A stretch of DNA of 64,000 bases. It comes from Emiliania huxleyi CCMP1516 (Eukaryota). The DNA is taken from NCBI RefSeq assembly GCF_000372725.1, contig NW_005201792.1, positions 165,452 to 229,451 on the forward strand, given 5' to 3'. Of the stretch, positions 47,072-59,836 are shown one piece after another (position 1 is the first letter of the stretch; each line of letters opens with the position of its first letter). The notes below the pieces were generated by a model. It had not been told where the DNA came from and searched no databases. It saw nothing but the letters and a program-made list of their open reading frames with translations. The position numbers and the translations under genes are program-made.

Positions 47072-47640
47072 CCCCGGCCAGCGTGCGCTTGGGTTTGGTC
47101 CCAGGAGGGAGGGGAGCCTCCGCCCCCGCTCGAGACAAAGAAGGAGAATCCCCCTGCCTGTCTCGCGTCCACCCCATACCGCGTTGGTGTCCACCTCCTT
47201 CTTCCCACATTCATGTACTTACTTGCAGGATCTCTGCGGGAGACGCGCGGCGAGGCTAAGTCCTAAGACCGGCTGACGTGGTGACCGCTCTAGAGAGCCT
47301 GCTCCTCATGCCCTGCTTGCTCCCGCCGCGCGCCGGACACCAGTCACCACACACCAGACGGCCGCGCGAAGGTCCATCCATCTTTGTTTTGTTCCAAGGC
47401 TGCCGGCCCAGTGTCGTGCAAAATCCCTGTGTGGTGGCGGCCGTCCTCCGCCTTTATCTCTAACGCTCTGTTTTCTTTCTTTCTGGCGCGCACTGGAACA
47501 ACACAAGTGACAAGACATAAGTACACCTACAGCTACACCGAATTTTACACGAAGAACCTGTACACCCGACAGAAACACAAACCCGGCCGCGGTCGAAAAA
47601 AGGTTGCTGCGAGAATTGGCGAGCGCAACGCCGGGGGCGA

Positions 47641-48823
47641 TCAGCTCGTCGCCCGCGCCTCGAGCTCCAGCAGGAAGGCGCTCCAGTCCATCGGCGCCTC
47701 CTCCCCGCGGGCGGCACGCGCATCGAGCAGCCCGCTCACCTAGTCGTGCAAAGGGGTCGGGGTAGGTCAGCCTCTCCAGCACCCTAGCAGCGTGGAGCGA
47801 GCTGCCACCCCAGCTCGCCTCCCCCAGCACGCCGTCCAGCACCGGAAGCGGAGCCCCCGGGCGAGGCGGATCGGGCGAGGAGTTGGAGGAAGAGCCGCCC
47901 GCCTCGTCGACCAGCCCTCGCATCAGCCGCAGGTCTTTCTGCGCCACCTCGAGCGCCGCCCCCACCGGCCGACCGTCGCCGCCGAAGCTCCTGCTCACCA
48001 TCTTGTCGCAGTACAGGTCCACCAGGTTGGGCGCCGGCAGCACGTGAGAGGTCCAGTCGCGCAAAGAGTCGCGTGGCAGCCCCGCCGCGTCGAGGAGGAG
48101 GAGCGTCTCGCCGAGCACCTGCCCGAAGCCGTACACCATGAGGTTGGTGCACAGCTTGTACAGCGCAGACGCGCCCGCGTCGCTCTCCGACAGCACGCGC
48201 GCGTGCTTGCTCCAGAGCGGCGCGACGCGCTCCGCGAACACGCGCGCCGGGTGCGAAGAGAATAGAGCGGCGTCCGCGCCCGCAGCAACCCCCGGAGCCT
48301 CGCCGGCTGCTGCCACCCAGCTGCATAACTGGCCGGCAGCGGCGTGCGGCGGCCGGCCTGTGACGGGCGCGTTGACAAAGGCGCCGCCGGCCTCGTGGAC
48401 CAGACGCGCCAGCTTGCGCGCGACCGGGGCAGAGATGGTGGCGCAGTTGGCGAGGAGGAAGGGTGGGGCTGCCGCCGTCTGGTCGCGGTGAAGAAGCTTG
48501 AGGCACGCGGTGAAGAAGCCCTCGGTGGAGTCATCGCCAAAGAGCATCGCGACTATGACGACGCCACTCGGGTTTCGGAGCGCCGCAGCGGCAACCTCAT
48601 CCACCGTGGCGGCGACCGTCGTGCGCAAGGTCTTGTCGCCAGATGCCTGCTCGGAAACGCGAGCCGCAACATATTCCGCCTTGGCCGGCGTGCGGTTGTA
48701 CAGGACCAGGTCGGAGAAGATCGCCCCGCCGCTCGTACCGATTCGTTCGGCCATGGCGGCGCCCATCGCGCCCAGGCCCACAAAGACCGCAGTGGGTCGA
48801 GCGGAGTCGTCGGATTGCGACAT
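47641..48823 (-). CDS. 3-hydroxyisobutyrate/6-phosphogluconate dehydrogenase family NAD(P)-binding protein
   Basis: FVGLGAMGAAMA, YNRT, FVNAPVTG, KLCTN, KDL; last exon ends MDWSAFLLELEARATS*. Confidence 0.85.
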
Positions 48824-50034
48824 ACAATGCCGTCAGCCTCTTTGGCACGAGCACAGGGGAACACGCTCCGCGGCGTCGCCAGAGAAGTTCAGAGAGATCG
48901 GGCCGCCCGACGTTCTTTTCTTTACCGCCACGCTTTACATGTGTTCCCGGGGGCATAACTCCCCCACAGCGCAGACGTTCACACTTCCACACCCACAGTG
49001 CCCGTCCAAGACTGCCCGTCCAAGACTTGTCTTGTTGGTCCTGGACCTGTCTGTTGTAACTGCTTGATTTTATGTCGTTTCGCTCCATCACGCTCTCGTT
49101 CCCCTCGATGCTGGCGTTCGCCGCGCTCCATTGCCTCGCGCGCGCGTCCTCTCTGCCGATGGCATCGTTCATGGCTTCCCCTCCCGCGGAATTCGTGCTC
49201 ACTGAGCCCGCAAGTGCCGAGTCTTACGCTCCTCCGGACCTCACCGTGTCCTACGAGGTGAATGTTGATCTCGCAAACCTCGCCTTCGACTCGCTCTCGC
49301 TCTTCTACGAGAGTGAGTCGACCCTCTCGACGTGCTCTGCATCCGCCGCTGGCACGCCCTACGCTTCTCGGATCGCCGACAGCAGCATCGGCTCCAACGT
49401 GCCGCTGACGCACCGTCGCACTACCGGCAATCCGATCCTCGAGCCGCCCACGCTCTCCTCGACTACGTGGGCGACTTCACGCACCTGTCCATCGTCTCGC
49501 TCCTCGATGACGACGACACCCTCGCCTGTGGCATCTGGCTCTGAGCTCCTCCACGGCTTCACTTCCAGCACGCCTCTCTCCGACGTAGCGTCAACTGGGA
49601 CTCGACTCGTGCTCGTACCCGCTGAGGCCACCAACAACGTCTCGCAGATCGACCTTGTCTCTCTCACCGGCGCGCCGAGGGCCCTTGCCACCTGCGCCTC
49701 CTCCAGCAATTTCACCGCTGGCTCCCTCCCTGGCAGCTAACTGGCTGTGCTGTCACCAGCTGTCACCAGCTGTCCCAGCTGTCGCCAGCTGTCGTTGCTG
49801 CTGTCGTTGCTGCTGTCGTTTCGCAGCCGCTGTCACGACATATTGACCACGTCGCGACCGTTAACAGACAGCCGTTTTAACCGTCATGACGTGAATAGTC
49901 TCTCACAACTAGACCAGCGCGCTCGCCAGCTCAAAAGAGAAAGATACAAACAAGAACACAACGCACTCTCTCATGACTAGTGATGACAAGAGGAAGTAAG
50001 CTCATGCATGAACTCGAATCAACGGTACCCGGTA

Positions 50035-50408
50035 CCCTCTTCCTACCCCATGCTTCGCTCATGCTTCGGCATGAATCACGCCCGCTGGAAAAAACATTTT
50101 GCGGGGGATTTTTTCGCCAGTCAATAGAGCATGAAAATACCTTTCAGACGGTACCTTTCTGTCCTCCAGAGTCGAAGAACTCGTCCGGTGGCTGGCCGCC
50201 AAAGTGGCTGGACGGCGCCGCGGCGCACACTGCTCACTGGTTGGTGAGCGCCGCGGAGCACACTGACGGAGCTGTCCTCGGCGCAGCCGTTCGGGCCCCG
50301 CGGCCTGGGTGGTGGCAGTGGCACTCCCTGAGGCTCCCTGAATTTTTCTGGTATTTTCTGGTCTGTGAGTCGGCCACGCAGAGTCGCGAAACCTGGGTAG
50401 GAAGAGGG
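50035..50408. mobile_element. 374 bp TIR element flanked by TA
   Basis: CCCTCTTCCTACCC/GGGTAGGAAGAGGG; the IR extends through GGTA/TACC. Confidence 0.65.
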
Positions 50409-50457
50409 TACCCGTAAGCTACTCCAGGAGTATTCTCGCGCCACACACACTCTCACG

Positions 50458-51885
50458 ATGGCCGCACTCGTCCACTCGAGCCGTGCGACTGCTGCTTGCT
50501 CGCGCTGCCACCTCGTGCTGCGCCTTCGCGCCGGTGCTAGGGGCCTCTCCTCCGACGTCGCTGCGCGCTACGAGCCGCAGCGTCTGCACCCGCGCCTGTT
50601 TGAGCCTTCAGAGGTGGTTAGCTCGTGGCTCGACCCTGCCGCTCTCGCGTTGCTGCAAGACGTGGAGCTCGCCGACCTGACGGACACCGACCCCTCGTCC
50701 GTCGCCCTGCGCAGCGTTGCGACAGAGGCGCGAGAGATCTACTCGTTCCCGCTGCTCAGCCCGCAGGCCTGCCGCATGCTGGTCGAGGAGGTCGAGCACT
50801 TCCAGCTGTCAGGACTGCCTGCCCGTCGGCCAAACTCGATGAACAACTACGGCCTCATTCTCAACGAGATTGGGCTGCGCGCGTCGCTGAGCAGGTTGCA
50901 GGCTGCCATCGCGCCGCTGGCACGCGCCGTGTTCCCCGCCGAGGGCCGCTCTCTTGACGACCACCACAGCTTTGTCGTGTCGTACAAGCCCACTGAGGAT
51001 CGCGGCCTGGACATGCACACGGCGTGCTCCGAGTCCAGCTCCACACACCGACCCCACCGCAGCCCTTCGAGACGCGTCCGCAAACTAGGACGACTCGGAC
51101 GTCACGCTCAACGTCTGCCTCGGCTCTGACTCGTTCGAGGCGAGCGGGCTCACCTTCTGCGGCGACATGGTCCGGACGGCGAGTCGCGCGGCGCCCCCCT
51201 CGCGCGGCCTGTCTGAGCGCCTGAGAGCGACGCGTAGGGGTCGGCAGACCACCGGCTGCGCTCGTACAAGTACGCCCACCGGCTCGGCCGCGCGGTGATG
51301 CCGCCCAGATGCGGACCAGAGACCGCTGCCCTCCAACTAGATCTAGCGCTCGAGAGGGCGTGCCACGCCGCGGCATTGTGTGTAGCAGCCCTCCTCTTTC
51401 GTACTGTAGGTGATGCACTTGGGGAGGCGGCGGCACGGCGCGGACGACATCACCAAGGGTCACCGCCTCAACCTCATCATGGTCACCGCCCGCCGCTGCC
51501 CTCGCCGCGACCGCCGAAACTACGCCCAGCCCGCCTCTTGCCACCGCCGCCCCCCCTTCACCGTAGAATGCCTCCAAGATGCCGCGCCCTCGCAGCCCTG
51601 CTCAGCCCCAGCCCCGGCGTGCCCGCGCAGTGGAACTACAACAAGGAGTTCCGCGCCTCGCCCGAGTTCCGGGCACGCTCCTTTGCTCGCGAGGGCTCGC
51701 CCCCCGACGCCGAGTGCATCAGCTACACACACGACAGAGATTACGAGGCCGTCAGCGGTGTGCAGCGGCCCGCGCCGCATTTGGCGTCCTCGGCGTGGTG
51801 TCCGCCACCGCCCGCCGAGTACGACGGATTTGTCGGGCTCGAGGGCCGCTGGGCCGGGCACCCGCGGCGGCGGCCGGCGCCTTGA
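50458..51885 (+). CDS. 2OG-Fe(II) oxygenase (OGFOD2/PLOD C-terminal-like), multi-exon
   Basis: RPNSMNNYG; LDDHHSFVVSY..LDMHTDDSDVTLNVCLG; HLGRRRHGADDITKGHRLNLI. Confidence 0.85.
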
Positions 51886-52279
51886 CGCAGTGACGCACGC
51901 GCCACCTACGACCTACGGCGTACACGCTACCGGGCCGTAGGTACGTTAGACGTGGAGACGCGAGGGTCGCCCCCCCTTGCCCCACCACCTCGTGTGTGTG
52001 GAGAAGTTTACCTTACCGTACCTTACGCTACGGCGGATGATGCGGAAAGAGACAGGGGCCGAGCAGCAGTAAGGACCGACTGGGGGTTTATTTTTTGGCA
52101 GGGATCTCACAACAAGTAAAGCCTGGGTTGGGCCGATGTGCCCGTCGTTCGCCTAAAACAGAAAGTTAGCGCGTCGGTAATCCTTTCGGATATTTTACCT
52201 TGCGGCTTGCGCTAGGAAAGATTCGCCCAGTATTCGCCCGCTGGCTCCTCCCTCCCGATCTTGCTTTGGAGCAGAGCCA

Positions 52280-54041
52280 ATGCCGGTGCTGTGCTTGGTG
52301 TGGATCTTTTCGCTAAGCTCACGATGGATCAGCTCGACTGAGATCCGCCAGGCCTACCTCCGCAGGGCCGCCGCTCTCGCTCGCTTACCTCCAGTACGTC
52401 CGTTGCGAGCCGACGCAAGCTGCAGCAGCGGCAGCGGAGGAAGCAGTGATGGGGGTAACTACGGCGACTGCAGCAGGGATGGCGATACAAATCGCAACAG
52501 CTCGCGGCGGATCGGCCACTCGGTGTGCACCAAGATTGTGACGCCGATGATGCCGTACTACATCGCCACTCACTACCTCGGCTGGGAGGTGTGCCAGCTG
52601 CCCTGCAGCCTGCCACGCACACGGGCACACGGAAAGCGCTACTGCCGGTGGGTGTCCACGGGACGCACGTGCACCCGCTTGAAGTGGCTCCCTCTGGGAC
52701 ATCTCCGCGCACGCGGCAGGTTGCCTGCAACAAGCTGCGCGGCGTCAAGGCGAGGCCGCTTGTTGTGTTTGACGAGGAGGCGCGACGCCCCCTCCCGGCC
52801 ACACGCGTTGCGGTGCTGCAGCCGCCCGCAGTCCCATCCACCTTCGCCCATCCGTCGCTCAGGCGTCCATCACATCCCAGGAGCTGCACCACGAGCTCTG
52901 CCTCCGCAGCAGAAACACGTCGCACCTAACGACCGACCAGCTCGCGGAGGCCAAAAGCGCCGTGCGGATGCTACCGGTCGGGTCGGTGCTGCACGTGCAG
53001 GCGCGCCACGCGCGACAGGAGAGGCCCCGAGCGGACGTGATGGATCCCTGGCGTTGGCGCACCGTAGGTGAATCTGTTCCGGCTGTTCGTGACCGAGCTG
53101 CTCCCGCTGCTGAGGACGAAGGTGATTCTCCTCACGGGGCAATGGCTCAAGCCGGCGCTCGAACTGCTCGCGCCCGGCCGTACGAAGCTACCCGATAGCC
53201 ACCAGAACCGGCTCGGGTTCGTCACCTCGGGCGACGTCGAGGCGACCCTCCGCAGCGACAGGATTGTGCGGTGGTATTCGCAAAACATGTTTGCCGTCCC
53301 AAAGACGTACCAAGACAAATATCGCGGCCTGCCGTACGGGATCGACTACACGAAGGCGGAGCAGTACCGCAAGTGCCTGCGCGACTTTGGCAACGTGCCC
53401 AAGAAGGATACCCTCTTCCTCTCGCCGCTGCGCAACACCTCCAAGGTGAGAGAAGTGCTGCTGAACCTCTCAGAGTACAGAAACGCGATGCGTGCCTTCA
53501 CCGGCAAGAACGGCGCCCGGCGCATCGAGAACTACAGCTACTACTGCGAGCGGCTTGCGCGCGCCCGCTTTGTCATCTCACCCGAAGGCGACCGCCCAGA
53601 CTGCTTCCGCCACTGGGAGGCGGCCGATGCCGCGCGTCGCGCCCCGTCCGGGTCGAGACACGTCCACGACTCACAAACCACGACATACCCCACAGGCGGT
53701 AGGCTTGGGCGTGGTGCCCGTCTGCAACTGCCCCGAGACGCTCCGCCCGCTGCTCGGCCACGGCACCCTCGTCTGGAGGCAACCCGAGAGCTCGCGAAAG
53801 GCTGCTCTGAGCCGCCATTGCCCTAGCCGTAGGCGCCGACATGGTGTACGCATCCGAGGCGGAGTACGAGGACTACGTGCGCTTCCCCTTGCTGCTCGCC
53901 TGGCGCTTCCGGGAGGCGCGCCCGCAGCGGGAGAAGGTCTTTGTCGACTTTTGGAGGAAACGAGTCGACGAAGATCGTAGGAGCTTGTGGGCACGTGAAC
54001 AGTCAGTCCGAACGGGTAGAGTAGGTCAAGTAACTAGATAA
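52280..54041 (+). CDS. Exostosin/GT47-like glycosyltransferase, multi-exon
   Basis: GLPYGI; YCERLARARFVISPEGDRPDCFRHWEAVGLGVVPV. Confidence 0.65.
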
Positions 54042-54324
54042 CTGGTCAAGTAACTAGAGCGCCGTAGAGTCCAGTTTGCAGCTAAACACTGATAAACTAA
54101 ATCAACAAGGTAGAGATGGGTTGTAAAATTCGCATTCGATGTACGTGCGCTCGAGCGAGAACAGAGACGTACACGCACACACACACACAACGCTGGGGCT
54201 CTGTGGGCCGATGTACGGGGCCCCCCCCTAGGGCCCTACGGGCGTACCCATGCGGGGGGGGAGATGGGGTACCCGGCCCGCCGCAAGCGCCGTTTTTATT
54301 TTTTCGGCCATTTTTACTTGTGTG

Positions 54325-55105
54325 GTAGGTCGCCGGCGGCCGTCAACCAGCCCCGACGCTCTCCCAGCCGTGACCCGAGTCTCGGTCGAGTATATAGGCG
54401 GCGCCGAGCGGAGATGCTGGGTCCACCGCCGCGAGCCGCGCGGCGGCGGTCGCGACGCAGCCGGCGGCGGCTCTCGGCGGCGTCTCGGCGGCGTGCAGCG
54501 CCGTGCTAGGTCGCCGGCGGCCGTCAACCGCCCCGACGCTCTCCCAGCCGTGACCCGAGTCTCGGTCGAGTATATAGGCGGCGCCGAGCGGAGATGCTGG
54601 GTCCACCGCCGCGAGCCGCGCGGCGGCGGTCGCGACGCAGCCGGCGGCGGCTCTCGGCGGCGTCTCGGCGGCGTGCAGCGCCGTGCTAGGTCGCCGGCGG
54701 CCGTCAACCGCCCCGACGCTTTCCCGGCCGTGACCCGAGTCTCGGTCGAGTATATAGGCGGCGCCGATGGGTCCACCGCCGCGAGCCGCGCGGCGGCGGT
54801 CGCGACGCAGCCGGCGGCGGCTCTCGGCGGCGTCTCGGCGGCGTGCAGCGCCGTGCTAGGTCGCCGGCGGCCGTCTACCAGCCCCGTCGCTCTCCCGGCC
54901 GTGACCCGAGTCTCGGTCGAGTATATAGGCGGCGCCGAGCGGCGAAGCTGGGTCCACCGCCACGAGCCGCGCGGCGGCAGTCGCGACGCAGCCGGCGGCG
55001 GCTCTCGGCGGCGTCTCGGCGGCGTGCAGCGCCGTGGTAGGTCGCCGGCGGCCGTCAACCAGCCCCGACGCTCTCCCGGCCGTGACCCGAGTCTCGGTCG
55101 AATAT
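54325..55105. repeat. Tandem array of ~180 bp units (~4.3 copies)
   Basis: TAGGTCGCCGGCGGCCGTC recurs at ~54326, 54507, 54687, 54857 and 55038. Confidence 0.95.
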
Positions 55106-55453
55106 GCAGGCGGCGCCTCTCTCCGCCAGCGCCGCTCCGCCGGCGCCTCCCTAGGTGCGGGGCGAGCGCGCCGCGCGGGCCAGGCCGCCGTGCTGCGCAG
55201 CGGCGTCTTATTGCGCGCGCATGACGCGCTGGCGCGAGTCGCTCCTGCGGGCTGCTGGTGCGTGCGTCGAACGGCGCTCGCCCACCTTTTCGGTCCCTGC
55301 GGCGCGTATCCCCGCCGGCGCCGCCCAGCCACGGGCTCCGTAGGCGCAGCATGAGCGCGCCGCGCGCGGGCCAGGCCGCCGTGCTGCGCAGCGGCGTCTT
55401 ATTGCGCGCGCATGGCGCGAGTCGCTCCCGCCTCCCGCGTCCCGGTACGACCT

Positions 55454-55505
55454 GACGCACTATCGACGAGCCACTATCATGATAGTGGCTCGTCGATAGT
55501 GCGTC
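55454..55505. repeat. Perfect 52-bp palindrome
   Basis: GACGCACTATCGACGAGCCACTATCA|TGATAGTGGCTCGTCGATAGTGCGTC. Confidence 0.95.
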
Positions 55506-57748
55506 TTGCCCGAGTTTCAACACTCCATCACTTACTCGGTCGCCACCGCCCGACGCCCCAGTTGTCCCAGCCGCTCGGTTTGGGATACGGTTGATCCGAC
55601 ACTGCGGCATTTCGGCCACATCGCGGCAAACCGCCTAACCGGCGTTCCGGCGGGCGTTCCGGGGCGGCTTTCTTCTTTTGGCCGAAATGAGACATCGAAC
55701 ACTACACCCGGTGGCCGGTCCGGATATCTCCAAGGAGCGGGCCGCGCCGCACCCAATTTTCACCCTTCCGTCCGGAAGGCTTCCGGAGCCGGCTGCGCCG
55801 GCTGCCGCCGGCCTCCGGAACCCCCTCCGGAAGCGGCGCTGCGCGCCGCTTCCGGAGGGGGGCCTTCCGGAGCGGGCTGCGCCCGCTCCCGGATTCCGGA
55901 GCTGCGCTCCGGAATCCGGAAATTTTCATGGGAATTCGGCGTACGAAAGGGAGGATCCCCAAAGGTCCGAACGAAGTGGCGTCAAGTTGCAATCACCCGC
56001 CCGCCGGGCCGCCGCGTCCCGGCGGTCCCGCAGCTCGCGCAAATCTCCCGCTTAACCCACCTGTGATGTTACAATAGGGGATCCCTATACTTGCGGCCAT
56101 GCTCTATCACGCCTTGCGACAGCGCTACTGACCGTGCCCTGCTGCACAAATTGATCACCTGCATAGCTCGCGGCCTTAGTCTCTCTTCAGTATTCAGTGC
56201 ACAGCGGTGACCTGATCGTACGGCCAGTAGGAAGGTGTCCTTCCGGCGCGTGCACACTTCTGACGGGTGACGCAATGCGCGTCACAACTGCCTCGGATTG
56301 GCTGCTGGCACTCTCGCCGCTATACACAGCCTCGCGCACATGGGCAGTCAAGAGGGAGCATGCACCTTCTCAGGAGAGCGCCAGTGCCTCTCCTCTTGGA
56401 CCAGCAAACGTGGTGGTCTCGTGTCACCAATGTGGGACCAGTGCCGCAGTGCGGCATCGCGCCATGGACAGCTCTGACACTGCGCCTCACCACTGACCGG
56501 GAAGGCCGCGAAGTGGGCCAGCACAGGTCGCACATTGTGGCAGCAGTGCATGTCTGTAGAGGAGCAGCAGCGTCAGGGTCGCAGGGTCGGATCGTGTCAA
56601 GCCTCTCGCCCGGCCGGCCGCGTGCAGACGTCGGCCTGTCTGCTGTCTGGAGTGATCTGTCGACACTGTCCATCTCGTTTGAGTTGACTGTTATAGCCCC
56701 CGCTACCCAGTTGATGCACTCGTGCGACGTAGCGGGGGGCCACGACTACGTTTACGAAAACATAAGTAGTCCCGCGAGGTGTGAATTTGGCCGCCCCAGT
56801 AGCCCCCTTTCCAATGAATTGGTTTTGCTGCGCGTCCCCACAGAGCGTCCAAACTTGGTTTTGGGCGCGAACCGTATCTCGCAACGAATCTCGCCGGCCT
56901 CACCGGCCCCCACCGGCTTTTCGCCGCCCATGGCGGATGCCATCTTCGGCCGGCTCTCCGTCTACGGCAGTGTGCTGCGGACCGAGGAAAGCAGCGTGCT
57001 GCTGGACATCGCCACCTGCGTCAAAACGCAGTGGCGCTCGTGCTGGTCGGCGTGCTGCTGGAGTGCGCACGCTCGCGCAGGGCCGACACTCCACGCCGGC
57101 CGCTCGAGCAGCCATGCTCCGAGTCGGCGCCGACGCGCTGCTCGCGCTCGGGGAGCCGTGCGCACCACCCGCCCCCCGGCACCACCAACCCCCCCGGCGC
57201 GCACTGTGTGCACCAGAATCCACTTCCCGGGCAGCGATCCGCGGGGCTGGCCGCTCGGTCTCGCGCAGAATAGCTGCCTCATCCAGATGGTGCTTGGCAT
57301 CCCCGTCCCCGCGGAGCCTGCTATCCTGACTACAATCAGGGCTGCGAACGAGCTCCTTGACCTACCGCTACACCCGCCATTGATTGGCGCCTGCGACCGG
57401 ATCTTGACGACGCTACACAGGCTCCTGCCGGAGGCGGACGGCATCCGCGCGGCACTTGACTGGACGAGCAGCTGCCGCTCCTACGTCTGATCGAAGAAGC
57501 CGAAGAGATGCTGGAGTTGGAGCCGCTCGAGGGCAGCCTTCAGTCACGGCTTGGTGCCATCCAAGACCTGCTGGCCGACGTCCCGTACTCCCGCTCAGCT
57601 CTCGCTCCAGCAGCCTGAGGGTTCCGCGTAGCGCGTTACTATTATCCGCGTTCTATGTGCTCTCCTGCTCTGACCTCTGTGACGAAGAAGTTGCTTGTCT
57701 TCACAAGAGCCTGTTTTGTTTGTTAAATGTCTTCTGAACAGTATTACT

Positions 57749-58187
57749 TGCGACGGTGTATCATTCACTTTATGCCACCGTTGCATATCCGGACCGTTTC
57801 ATTCACTTTATGCCACCGTTGCATATCCGGACCGTTAACGGTCCGGATATGCAACGGTGGCATAAAGTGAATGATACACCGTCGCAAAACTGCATTGGGT
57901 CTCGAGTTCGAATCCCGCAGTTCGACTCGGCGCAAAAAACCCAAGACGGGCGTTGTCACTGGTTCGAAACCCACCTTAGCGTTCACCTGATATCCGCCGG
58001 TACCCAAAACCGGATGCATCTCCGCACGACCCAGGAATGCAGTTTTGCGACGGTGTATCAGTCGCCTTATGCCACCGTTGCATATCCGCCCGAGGGTGTT
58101 CCCGCATGCAGAGAAGACCAATCCGCTGGGCTGGGGGGGAAGTAACCATATGCAACGGTGGCATAAAGTGAATGATACACCGTCGCA
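57749..58187. mobile_element. 439 bp TG..CA element with 40-bp TIR, internal repeats and 5-bp TSD
   Basis: TGCGACGGTGTATCATTCACTTTATGCCACCGTTGCATAT inverted at both ends; TSD TTACT. Confidence 0.8.
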
Positions 58188-58336
58188 TTACTCTCGTGTT
58201 TTTGTGCGCGTTGTCGGTTGATAGCTGGGTAGCGGGGGGCCCCGCCGGAGGCTGGTTGCTGATTTTGTACTTTCTTCACCTCTTTTCAACGCTGCTCGGG
58301 ACGCAGCCGCAGGTCGCAGCCCCCCGCCGATCTTCC

Positions 58337-59836
58337 TCAAACCCCGCGCCCAACCCTCGACGCCATGCCGTCGTACTGCGCCAGCACGAGGTCACCCGAC
58401 GCCTCCCACGAGAAGGTGGAGGCGTGGGCCGCGGCGGCACGCCCCATCGCCACGCGCAGCGACCGGTTGGCGAGCAGGGCGGCCACGTGCGCCGCCATGG
58501 CGCCCACGTCACCCGGCGGGGCGAGGAGGCCCGACGCGCCGGCGGAGATGACGTCGGCCACGCCGGGCGAGTCCGTCGCCACGACGGGCAGCCCCGATGC
58601 CTGCGCCTCGAGGCAGGTGCCTCCCCACCCTTCCGTGGTAGACGGGTACAGAAACACGTCTGCGCCGGCATAGGCGGCCGCGAGCGCCTCCCCCGTCAGC
58701 AAGCCGCGAAAGCTCGCCCGCGGCAGCAGCTGCTCCAGCCGGCGGCGCGCCGGCCCGTCCCCGACGACCTCGGTGCGGAAGGCGGCGCCACGGCCGGCGC
58801 GAGCCTCGAGCCTCCGCACGACGGCGGCGAAGTCCGCCAGCCCCTTCTCCCACCGCAGCCGCGCCACGAGCAGCACCGTCGGCACGGACCCCGCCGCCGC
58901 GCGCCGCTTCGAGGGCGAGAAGAGCGCCACGTCGACGCCGCGAGGCCACACCACCAGCCGAGGGATGCCGCGCGCCTGCAGGGAGGCTCCGAGAGGGCTG
59001 CAGAGAGCTTCCAAGAAGGCGCCACCAGCGAGGGACGCCGCGCGCGCCGCCAGCTCGTTCGCCGCGCCCTGCGAGGGTGGCAGCGTCGCCGCGCAGCGGG
59101 CGTGGAAGCGGCGGAGGTGGAGCCACGCGAGAGAGGCGAAGGGGCGCAGCGGCGGGTAGTAGTCGAGGTACGACGCCCAACGCGTGTGGTGCGAGCAGAG
59201 CAGCGGCGTCCGTCGCCTCGCCGCCCACCTGTGGCGAGATGGTGGCGAGATATAGTCGAGGTGCGGCCGAGGTGCAGCCGAGGCACATCGCAAGCCGTTG
59301 CGCGGCGACGCCCATCGCGTCCGGCACCGCCACGTGCAGCACTGTCGGGCGGAACTGCTCGAGCGCGGCTCGGGCCGTGCCGCCCAAGCCCCAGGTGAGC
59401 CGGTACTCGGACCAGACGGGCAGAGGCGTGGACGGCACGCGCACGAGCAGGCCGGCGTGCTCCAGCACCGGAGGGCGCGCCACGTCGCCGGGGCAGAGGA
59501 CCAGCACGCTGTGACCGAGCTGGAGGAGCCGCGCCGCCAGCCGGTTGAGGGTGAGGGCGACGCCGTCTATCGACTGATCGGGAGGGAGGACTCGTGAGGA
59601 GTGGAAGACGAGCAGAGTGAGTGAGAGAGAGAGAAGATTGGAGAGAGGAGAGAGAAAGAGAGGGAGGCAGGGAGAGAGGAGATATGTAAATGTGAGGGAG
59701 AGAGAGAGAGAGAGAGGCTTCGCAGCGGCGGGCAGCTCACCTGGTCATACGATCCGGTGACGATGGCGACGCGGTGCTGCGCTGCTAAGCGAGGCTGCTC
59801 GGTGGGCGGCACGCGAAATGACAGGTTGCTGCTCAT
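58337..59836 (-). CDS. GT4 glycosyltransferase (PimB/MgtA/SQD2-like), multi-exon
   Basis: RVAIVT..IDGVALTL, RPTVLHVA, HHT, WPRGVD, ADVFLYPSTTEGWGGTCLEAQASGLPVV. Confidence 0.85.

Larger units (their letters stand above)
54199..56660. mobile_element. Rearranged family A copy (one end plus internal block) carrying tandem repeats
   Basis: CTCTG end with CCATGCGGGGGGGAGATGGGG; family A internal block at ~56085-56660; second end not found. Confidence 0.6.

Noticed and set aside
46032..47276. Long + strand ORFs (Gly or RRW repeats)
   Set aside because: Antisense shadows of the ankyrin gene in high-GC DNA
54228..55619. 463-aa repeat protein
   Set aside because: A product of the tandem array; frames shift between units
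57895..57980. Complete tRNA gene
   Set aside because: Only T-arm-like motifs; no cloverleaf could be built
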